64,000 bases of DNA, taken from positions 10,420,480 through 10,484,479 of the forward strand of contig OZ037771.1 of NCBI GenBank assembly GCA_964035545.1, written 5' to 3'. The notes below the pieces were generated by a model, which searched no databases, was not told the DNA's origin, and worked only from the letters and a program-made list of their open reading frames with translations. Below are positions 23,701 to 35,700 of this stretch, one piece after another (position 1 is the stretch's first letter; each line of letters begins with the position of its first letter). A program made the translations under genes and the position numbers. This stretch comes from Bugula neritina (lineage: Eukaryota > Animalia > Bryozoa).

Positions 23701-26700
23701 GTCACAAGTTTACAGTGCAATGTTGAGTTTTATTTCACCTATGTACATATGTCTTAACCTTTTCTATCCACAATACGCAGGTTTGAGTTACTAATGCCCA
23801 TTATAAGCTTATATGCTCATACTGAGCCTCAGCCTGGCGTAAAAGAAAATTTAGCTCTGTAGTTTAGCATTTACCTGTCTAATCAATACAAAAGGAGGTA
23901 AAAGGGTGGATAGTGGCACTAGGGAAGATAAAGGGTGGATGCTAACTACTATATTACATGTTTACAGGTTGCTAAGAGATATGGTGTACTTCATGAGAAC
24001 CCCTCCAACATAATCTATATTAAAGTAATTGAGTCTGCCAACCAAATCCGACTAGCACTACAGATGCTTAATGCTAAAAATGTAAGCTGAACCCACTATT
24101 ATGCTTTTACTCATGTAGTACATTTTCGGTTCACACTTGTGTATGCATTACATGTACTCTTTTAGTACCAGCTGTTGATAATACTCTACATTTACATGTT
24201 TCACTGATTACTATCATTGTGCATTTACTGTATATGTCACTTGGTGTGTACTTACTGTGTATACTCTACTTACTGTCTACTTACAGTGTTCTTACTGTGT
24301 ATACTCTACTTACTGTCTACTTACAGTGTACTTACTGTATATACTCTACTTACTGTATATACTCTACTTAGTGTCTACTTACTGTCTACTTACAGTGTAC
24401 TTACTGTATATACTCTACTTACTGTCTACTCACAGTGTACTTACTGTATATACTCTACTTACTGTCTACTTACAGTGTACTTACTGTATATACTCTACTT
24501 ACTGTCTACTTACAGTGTACTTACTGTATATACTCTACTTACTGTCTACTTACAGTGTACTCACTGTGTATACTCTACTTACTGTCTACTTACAGTGTAC
24601 TTACTGTGTATACTCTACTTACAGTGTACTTACTGTATATACTCTACTTACTGTCTACTCACAGTGTACTTACTGTATATACTCTACTTACTGTCTACTT
24701 ACAGTGTACTTACTGTATATACTCTACTTACTGTCTACTTACAGTGTACTTACTGTATATACTCTACTTACTGTCTACTTACAGTGTACTTACTGTATAT
24801 ACTCTACTTACTGTCTACTTACAGTGTACTTACTGTATATACTCTACTTACTGTCTACTCACACTGTACTTACTGTATATACTCTACTTACTGTCTACTC
24901 ACAGTGTATTTACTGTATATACTCTACTTACTGTCTACTTACAGTGTACTTACTGTATATACTCTACTTACTGTCTACTTACAGTGTACTTACTGTATAT
25001 ACTCTACTTATTGTCTACTTACAGTGTACTTACTGTATATACTCTACTTACTGTCTACTTACAGTGTACTTACTGTATATACTCTACTTATTGTCTACTT
25101 ACAGTGTACTTACTGTATATACTCTACTTACTGTCTACTTACAGTGTACTTACTGTATATACTCTACTTATTGTCTACTTACAGTGTACTTACTGTATAT
25201 ACTCTACTTACTGTCTACTTACAGTGTACTTACTGTATATACTCTACTTACTGTCTACTTACAGTGTACTTACTGTATATACTCTACTTACTGTCTACTT
25301 ACAGTGTACTTACTGTATATACTCTACTTACTGTCTACTTACAGTGTACTTACTGTATATACTCAACTTACTGTCTACTTACAGTGTACTTACTGTATAT
25401 ACTCTACTTACTGTCTACTTACAGTGTACTTACTGTATATACTCTACTTATTGTCTACTTACAGTGTACTTACTGTATATACTCTACTTACTGTCTACTT
25501 ACAGTGTACTTACTGTATATACTCTACTTATTGTCTACTTACAGTGTACTTACTGTATATACTCTACTTACTGTCTACTTACAGTGTACTTACTGTATAT
25601 ACTCTACTTATTGTCTACTTACAGTGTACTTACTGTATATACTCTACTTACTGTCTACTTACAGTGTACTTACTGTATATACTCTACTTACTGTCTACTT
25701 ACAGTGTACTTACTGTATATACTCTACTTACTGTCTACTTACAGTGTACTTACTGTATATACTCTACTTACTGTCTACTTACAGTGTACTTACTGTATAT
25801 ACTCAACTTACTGTCTACATAGTGTCTACTTACTTTAGCTGGACCCCGATGCTCTCGTAGAATCAGACTCCAAGAAGCAGCAAGCCTACGACACTCTCCA
25901 CAGGAGCATGGTGGCCATGCAGCTGGCTGTCAACAACATATTAGACCATGACATGAGCAGACTGGATACCAGCGCTCGTCCTCCAGGGGTTAGACAGGTT
26001 GGTTCTTTCAGTCTGTGTACTCTCTATACTCTACTCTCTATACTCTACTCTCTACACTCTACTTTTTATACTCTACTCTACTCTCTATACTCTACTCTCT
26101 ATACTCTACTCTCTATACTCTGTATACTCTACTCTGTATATTAATTGCTCCAGCAAAGTATTACATTATATACGGTACCACTTTGTAGCTAATAGAGAAG
26201 AAAGCTGGTTTGTTTAGAAAGCATATGATGGGCAAAAGAGTTGACTTTGCAGCCCGTTCAGTTATTTCCCCTGATCCATTTATTGGCGTAGATGAAATCG
26301 GTGAGTCACTCTCTAACTGTGAAGTAAAATGTTGAACCACTTAACTCTATGATGACGTTTATTTGCAGTCTTCTGAAAACTAGCAAAACTGAATATTTCT
26401 TGGCAATGAGCAGGCAATGTATTTGGTAATCATTTCTGCTAATATCTGAGTAGAGTTTCCTGTAATGTCACTTTGTCGACAGCCATTGGTTGACCTAGAT
26501 ACATTACCCGACTATGTTTTAGGAATTCCTGAAGTGTTCGCTAAGCGTCTTACGTTCCCCGAGTCTGTGAATGTGCACAATGTAGATCGTCTGAGAAAGG
26601 CTGTCATCAATGGGCCCAACACACATCCTGGGTACTCAATCTTTACTAGTTTACAAATAGAGTTCTAGTTTTAGTTCTTGTTATTGTTTAAAGAAATATA

Positions 26701-29700
26701 TTGCACGCATGAAGTCAATCCTCTGTTGATGTTTTATTTTAAGCAGCCGCTAAGTAGTCACGTGTTGCTGTGTGTGGCCTGGTGTCCTCAAAGTTTATCT
26801 TGGTGAACATATATGTTGGGAGGGGAAGGTTAGGTATACACTGTCTACTACTAGTACATCAGTAGGTCGCAGCCGCATTGCTGTGTCGGCATTTGTCTGC
26901 TATGCTGGCGTCAGTTTCCTTGATATTACATACTTTATTACATACTTCATATTACATGCTAATGGTTTGTAGTGCAACTCATGTGGTCAATGAAAAGGGA
27001 ATGATGACGCTGCTGTCAGCCACTAATCAGACTCAAAGAGAGGCTCTAGCTCGCACGCTGCTCACAGTAGAATCTGATTCATTAAATGCTAAGCCAAAGA
27101 CAGTTTGCAGGCATTTGAAAAATGGAGACATGTTGCTGATGAATAGACAGCCTACTCTGCATAGACCTAGTATACAAGCACACAAGGTAACATACATAGA
27201 CCTAGTATACAAGCCCACAAGGTAACCTGCATAGACCTAGTATACAAGATAACCTACATAGACCTAGTATACAAGGTAACATACATAGACCTAGTATACA
27301 GGTTGCTGTGATAGCAAGTTGTATGTTAATTCGCATCCAACTTTGATATTGTGCATTTTAAGCATCCCAATTGGTTTGATCTCTGCAAGCTAAATTATTT
27401 ATGGGTTGACTCACATGACATTGATTGTTTACTCAATTATAACTGCACAAGTGATAGTAAATAGGTAGTAAATGATAAGTACAAAGTACACATGTACTAA
27501 ATAGTAAGTATAGATGTAATAAATAGTAAGTATATATGTACTGAATAGTTATTATACATTTATTAAATAGTAAGCATGGATGTACTAAATAGTAAGTACA
27601 CATGTACTAAATAGTAAGTACACATGTACTAAATAGTAAGTACACATGTACTAAGTAGTAAGTATATTGACGTTGTAGGCACATGTGCTGCCTGGAGAGA
27701 AGACCATTAGACTACACTATGCTAACTGTAATGCTTACAATGCTGACTTTGATGGGGATGAGATGAATGCACACTTTCCACAAACATTTGTAGGCCAGTC
27801 GGAAGCCAGGGAGATTGGTATGATTATCATTGGCTGTTGAAGAATCCCTGACACACTTCACTTATGCACTACTAAAGTATTCTTATATATGTTGGTTTTC
27901 ATTTACATACTCTTTTAAGGTTGGATGCCTAAACAATTTTGTTTTAAAATAACTGCACTGCATAGCCTAATCACTAATATGGTTTAAAAGTTCAAAGTTT
28001 AAACTTTCAAGTCATATCAGTGATTAGGCTGTGCAGTGCAGCAGCTAACAATAACATGCAATAAAAGTTAGCTATAATTAGTATAAGTTTTATAGTAGCT
28101 ATAAAGCCAAAGCCGATCGAAAAATTTCATTTCCGTGCGATCAGAAATCCCAAATCATTTCAGTACATACTCGCACAAAATTCATTATAAAACAAAATTG
28201 TTCAGGCATCCAACCTTAAAACAATATGTAAATGAAAACTAGCATATATAAGAATATTTTAATACTGCATAAGTGAAGTGTGTCGGGGATTCTTTAATAC
28301 TTGTTTCTATCCTGGCATAAATATGTATGCTATTCAACATGTGACTTGATGGGTGTTACCAATAGTAGTATGTTATATAGTATACTGTTGGTTTTAAACA
28401 AAGTATCAATTTAGTTAGTGTCTGCTTTGAATAATTTATTTTATATTCATATTATTGCTATGACTATCGGGCATTGCCTGTTTCAATTATTTGAGTTACA
28501 GCTTTGTTTCTTACAAACTGCAGTCAACTCAGATGTTAGCTATATATTCCGACTCCATATGGAGTTGTTACTGCAGTACACCTAGTCTATTCATTTCCCT
28601 TGTTTCTCTCTCTCTCTGCTGCTGCTGTATAACAGTGGCAACTAGGAATCAGTATCTCGTACCAAAGAATGGGGCACCACTGGCTGGACTCATTCAAGAC
28701 CATGTTATTGGTGGAGTGACGCTGTGCATGCGTGGGCGCTTCTTTACCAGGTAAGTTATTCCTTACCAGGTAAGTTATTCCTTACCAGGTAACTGATTCT
28801 CATCACAACACTATCTTCCTTCCATACATACATACACGCTGGTTCACAGTAGCTTATACTTTATAGTTTATAGCTATCCTCAGCTCCAGTTGTTTTCTGC
28901 TTTTGTTATCAGATACCTGGTCTTCTGAGTCTCGATAGATCAGTTTCTATAGCCTTATTTTCTTTGTATGTGAAGGGAGGAGTACCAGCAACTTGTATTC
29001 AGCGGTCTGGTGGACCAGCAGACGAGAGTCAAACTTCTGCCCCCTGCAGTAGTTAAGCCAGTCCAATTGTGGACAGGCAAGCAGGTTTGTTCTAGAGTAT
29101 TATATACGCTGTGTTATACATCATCAATATGTGTGTTCTAGAGTATTGTATATGCTGTGTTATACATCATCAATATGTGTGTTCTAGAGTATTGTACACG
29201 CTGTATTATACATCATCAATATGTGTGTTCTAGAGTATTGTATACGCTGCATTATACATCATTAATATGTGTATTCTAGAGTATTGTATACACTGTATTA
29301 TACATCATCAATATGTGTATTCTAGAGTATTGTACATGCTGCATTATACATCATCAAGCAATTGAAAAAGCTGTAGATGATTTTCTTGCAGCCACCCGAA
29401 GTTTTGACGGGAAAGTTCAATTCAGTCTATGCATTTTACTATGTTACTTCATTGAAAAACAACAAAGTGAATATGTATGCATTAGTGAAGACCAACTACA
29501 GTAAAAACCTGAAGTTGTTTACTTGCTAATGGCTAGTGTTGTGTGCATACCAGTTTCTGTCAGCGTACCTGGTGACCTATTGTATTTGTAGGTCATCTCC
29601 TCAGTTCTAAGAAACCTGCTGCCTGGAGATAACGAAGACCATTACATCACTCTCACCGGACGCTCTAAAATTGGAGAAAAGGTGAGCTGGAATCGCTCAT

Positions 29701-32700
29701 CTTTATCTGTACATTTGAGTTTCAAGAACTTCCACTTGTTCTAAAGTTGTTAGCCTAAGAGAGTTTATAGAAACTACTTATTGTTTTTGACTAATATTTT
29801 GTTGCAATTATTTGTGAAAAAGTGGTAAATAATACATAATCAATTTGGTTATCAGCAAATAGAATTCTTGAGGTTTTTTTTTGAATAAAATTTAAAAACT
29901 CAGTTTGTTGTGCTAAGTAATTTCATGTGGGGAGCCCTGCAGCTTAACATCTCATCTGCATGTCTTTCAACTCATGTATAATATCGTCATTACAGAGTTG
30001 GATGAATAGTCCTGCGACTGGTGCTTCTATACCTTTGATGGGCGAAGAGACGGTGGTGTTCCGCCAGGGACACCTCGTGCAGGGTGTGCTGGATAAGAAC
30101 CACTACGGGGCTTCCATGAATGGCTTGGTGCACTCTTGTTATGAGGTGAGTTGTACTCTCTCACTCAACACTATATACTCTCACAGCACTATAATATACT
30201 CTCACACTCAGCACTATATACTCTCACAACACTATAATATACTCTCACACTCAACACTATAATATACTCTCACACTCAACACTATATACTCTCACAACAC
30301 TATAATATACTCTCACAACACTATAATATACTCTCACAGCACTATAATATACTCTCACAGCACTATAATATACTCTCACACTCAACACTATAATATACTC
30401 TCACACTCAACACTATATACTCTCACAGCACTATAATATACTCTCACAGCACTATAATATACTCTCACACTCAACACTATAATATACTCTCACAACACTA
30501 TATACTCTCACAACACTATAATATACTCTCACGCTCAACGCACTCAACACTCTAGACTCCTAGACTGTCGTATAATACTAAGCACTCTCTACTATGTTAT
30601 TGTAGTTGTATGGCGGCAAAGTTTCTAGCCAGCTGCTAACCAGTCTTGCCCGATTATTTACTACGTTTCTGAAGAGCCGAGGCTTCACGATTGGAGTGCA
30701 GGACATACTCTGCTTACCTCAGGTTACTCTTCTATTTATAATCATGTCACTTTGCAAAGTAGGCGCTCTCTTGTGGTGAAGGTAATAACAAGTAGATAGG
30801 TGGGAAAACTAGCAAGTCTTACTCATGAGTGCTAGGTGTAGCCTCAATTCCTCAGAACTGGCATGAGTCATGTCAGGAATTTTATCTGACCGTGCTTACT
30901 ATCTTGATATTTAGCACATACTATCTTGATATTTAGTACTTACTATCTTGGTATTTAGTACTTACTATCTTGATATTTAGTGCTTACTATCTTGATATTT
31001 AGTGCTTACTATCTTGATATTTAGTGCTTACTATCTTGGTATTTAGTACATACTATCTTGATATTTAGTGCTTACTATCTTGGTATTTAGTACTTACTAT
31101 CTTGGTATTTAGTACATACTATCTTGGTATTTAGTGCTTACTATCTTGGTATTTAGTGCTTACTATCTTGATATTTAGTACTTACTATCTTGATATTTAG
31201 TGCTTACTATCTTGATATTTAGTGCTTACTATCTTGGTATTTTGTGCTTACTATCTTGATATTTAGTACTTACTATCCTGGTATTTAGTACTTACTATCT
31301 TGGTATTTAGTACTTACTATCTTGGTATTTAGTGCTTACTGTCCTGATATTTAGTGCTTACTGTCTTGGTATTTATTAATCAAAACTATTCTATTCTCAA
31401 AAATTGCCCTAAAATGAGAGTTTCATGAAGTTAAAATGTGTGGCAGTATAGAAGGTGGATCAGGAAGTTAACGCTGTTGCAAATTGTTGAAGTCAGCAGG
31501 TAGTTGACAGCACACTTTGTGTTATCTAAAAAAAGTTGTATAAGTTTGTGTGCGTAGGCGGACGACAAGAGAGGGGACATAATGAAAAGCGGGTCCCAGC
31601 AGGCGTGCAGCGCTGTTGCTGAGGCGTTGAGTGTTGAAAAAGAAGATGAAGAATTTGACAGTGAAATGCTGACTCGCACGTACATGGCCGCTCAGTTTGA
31701 TGGCGATGATACGAGAATGAAACTAATTGACTTGCATATGAAGCAGATATCCGACAGCATTCAGAATGACATCACCAAGTATGTAATTTCCTGTTTTGTT
31801 TTCATTTTCGAAGTCACATCCGACTATATAGTAATACTGTGTATATTTAGTAATACTGTGTATATATAGTAATACTGTGTATGTATAGTAATACTATGTA
31901 TATATAGTAATACTATGTATATATAGTAATACTGTGTATGTATAGTAATACTGTGTATGTATAGTAATACTGTGTATGTATAGTAATACTGTATATATTA
32001 TAGTAATACTGTGTATATATAGTAATACTGTGTATATTTAGTAATACTGCGTATATATAGTAATACTGTGTACATATAGTAATACTGTATATATATAGTA
32101 ATACTATGTATATATAGTAATACTATGTATATATAGTAATACTATGTATATATAGTAATACTGTGTATATATTATAGTAATACTGTGTATGTATAGTAAT
32201 ACTGTGTATATATAGTAATACTGTGTATATATAGTAATACTATGTATATATAGTAATACTGTGTATATATAGTAATACTGTGTATATATATAGTAATACT
32301 GTGTATGTATAGTAATACTGTATATATATAGTAATACTATGTATATATAGTAATACTATGTATATATAGTAATACTGTGTATATATAGTAATACTGTGTA
32401 TATATAGTAATACTGTGTATATATAGTAATACTATGTATATATAGTAATACTATGTAATATGTATATATGATGATGGACCTGTTATAGAGCCATCATGCC
32501 CCATGGACTGCTCAAGAAGTTCCCTGATAACAACCTGCAGTTGATGGTGGTGGCTGGTGCTAAGGGTTCGACTGTCAACTGCATGCAGATCTCTTGCCTC
32601 CTTGGCCAAATTGAATTGGAAGGTATTTCAACTTCCGGTTTGTGTGTCTGTCCGTCTGTCTGAATGTCTGTGTACTGCTGGTGTTGTGTCACTTTATAGA

Positions 32701-35700
32701 GTGCCCTTAGTTATCTGTCTGAACTATATATTAGTAAATCTGACTAGACGTCTATAACATTAAGTAATATGCTTATTTGACATTATTGACATTTTTATTG
32801 ACATTATGACATTATTTTGTGTATAGACATTACTTAATGTGTATACATTACTTAATGTGTATACATTACTCTGTGTATAGACATTACTTACTGTGTATAC
32901 ATTACTTACTGTGTATACATTACTTACTGTGTAGACATTACTCAGTATGTAGACATTACTTACTGTGTATAGACATTACTCACTGTGTATACATTACTCT
33001 GTGTGTACATTACTCTGTGTATAGACATTACTCAGTGTATAGACATTACTTACTGTGTATACATTACTCAGTGTATAGACATTACTTACTGTGTAGACAT
33101 TACTTAGTGTATAGAAATTACTCAATATGTAGATATTACTCTGTGTGTATACACACCTCATCAAGCTGGTATATGGCAACCTGTTTATCTACATTGACCT
33201 AGATTGCATACCTACTGATGGGTTTGTAGGTCGCAGACCACAGCTGACCATGAGTGGGCGGTCCCTGCCTTCATTTAGACCTTATGACATGAGCCCTCAA
33301 GCTGGTGGCTTTGTGGATGGCCGGTTTCTGTCTGGAATAAAACCGCAGGAGTATTTCTTCCATTGCATGGCTGGCCGAGAGGTATGTGGCTGTAGATGCA
33401 GTGTTTGCATGTTGGTAGATGATGTTGAGTTCACCTCCATACACAGAGTTTTAAACTTAAAACCTGGATATATATTAAAACACATGTTTATTTTACTGAA
33501 TTGATATAAAGCCTATGTTGGGATAAAAATATTTAAACTATAAGTTATATAAATAAATTATTTGAATCTCTTTATTTAAGGTTGTATGAGCATAAATAAC
33601 TGTAAGGGCCTATGCCTTTAAAAGTTTTTCAAAAAATGCATCGGCCGGGAATTGAACCCGGGCCTCCCGCGTGGCAGGCGAGAATTCTACCACTGAACCA
33701 CCGATGCTTCATACCATGAGAGGCAAAAGAGTCAGAGTAGCCAAATGTAGGCCCTGTCACTCTATAATTAATTGCAGCATGTGACAGTGTATAGCTGACA
33801 ACTACAATTAATCATCTATGCTCTACATTAACACACCCTTATTGTAGACTTTAGTGCATAGGTCTTACCTATTACCTATGCTCTAAAGTCTAAACTCTAA
33901 AGTCTACATTAAGGGTGTGTTAATGTAGAGCATAGATGATTAATTGTAGTTGTCAGCTATACACTGTCACATGCTGCAATTAATTATAGAGTGACAGGGC
34001 CTACATTTGGCTACTCTGACTCCTTTGCCTCTCAAGGTATGAAGCATCGGTGGTTCAGTGGTAGAATTCTCGCCTGCCACGCGGGAGGCCCGGGTTCAAT
34101 TCCCGGCCGATGCATTTTTTGAAAAATTTTGCTTAACTAGCATTTTAATGATTTACTTGTTTTTATTGCCAGTTTATCATTTAATAATTTCAGTTTGTTT
34201 TAAAAATCAAAGTCTTTAACAGTAGTTAATGATGAAAATAAATAATTTTGGGACAATTACTATTAGCATTAATTTTAAGTGATTAGATATAGTTATTAGC
34301 AAGGAGATGAAGTGACTGTGAGTGTAACGTTCACTCTAAATAAGTAAATTTCTTGTTTTACTGTAAAAAAATTAGTTGATGTTTTACAGCAGGCTAGCAT
34401 AAACTGTATATAAGAACCGAGTAACTTTGTTGCATAAATATCTGTATGAAACTATGGAAACCCTTATTATACGTTATTCAATTTGTCAACTGAAACACGC
34501 AAACAACATAATCGGGTAAAAATTGTACAACCCATAGGGTGTTTTGATCATATCAGTACCAACACACCACTGATTACATCATTATTTAGTACTCCATAAC
34601 TCAAGACTCGAAAAGACTATTTTTTCTTTCATTTTACGCCGACTAAGAATATTGGACAAAAACAAACTTGTAGAAAACCAGTTTTAAATTGGGCATTTTG
34701 GAGTATTTCGTTGAGCTGTTGTAATCATGAGTAGAATAACAAGTGAGAGAGGGAGATGGGCATGCATGTACAATCCTCCAAATTTGCCATATAGTTCAAA
34801 TTATACTCCAATACTAGGATTTGCATGTTTCTTCATAAGGTTTCAAGCACCATATAGAAACTGGACTGTTGCTGCAAAGTTAAACCCACAAGTCCAAACT
34901 TATTTAAAAGAGAAATGGTCTATATTTACGGTTTTCAGAATGAATGATGGAGAAAAAGCCTCATGTATTTTAAACATTGAGTTATGAAGTACTAAATGGT
35001 GATGTAATCAGTAGTGTGTTGGTACCGATATGATCAAACGCCCTATGGGTTGTACAATCTTTACCCGATTAAGTTGTTTGCGCATTTCAGTTGACAAATT
35101 GAATAACGTATAAAAAGGGTTTCCGTAGTTTCATATAGATATTTATGTCACAAAGTTACTTGATTCTTATATACAGTTTATGCTAGCCTGCTGTAAAACA
35201 TCAACTAATTTTTTTAGTTGCTAATAGCTGACAACTACAATTAATCATCTATGCTCTACATTAACAAAGTTACTTGGATCTTATATACACTTCACACTTG
35301 GATCTTATATACACTTCACATGAGCCTCCTGTAAACATCAACTAAATGCTGTTTTATAGAAAGTTCCGTTTTGTCGAGTTTGTATTACACTCAGAACTCA
35401 CAGTCACTAACTAGTCACTAAATAGTCACTAAACCTCGTATTCTTTACATAATTTTGATCAAGTTTGGTTACTTTTCATTCTCTAGCACAGCTTAATCAT
35501 AACTTTGATAAATGTATTAGATTATATTAATTTTAATTTTATAAATGTTGCTGTATTGTCCCTAATGTTAGTAAGATAAATAATTTATTGGCAAGTAGCA
35601 TAATAATGTCCTGCGTTCAATACGTTTAAGTATTTAGAATGTTGTGAAACATTAAATTGAAACTTAATATAAAATCAATTAATATAAGCTAATTAGGCTC

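Larger units (their letters stand above)
33620..34130. repeat. ~510-bp near-perfect palindrome containing two divergent tRNA-Gly genes
   Basis: 33620-33854 is the reverse complement of 33897-34130 with few mismatches. Symmetry continues inward (gactttagtgcataggt / acctatgctctaaagtc) to a ~10-nt loop near 33868. Confidence 0.96.

Noticed and set aside
24217-25860. Three overlapping 467-547 aa hydrophobic ORFs
   Set aside because: Translation of a stop-free 40-bp intronic minisatellite. POLR1A exons splice in frame around it.
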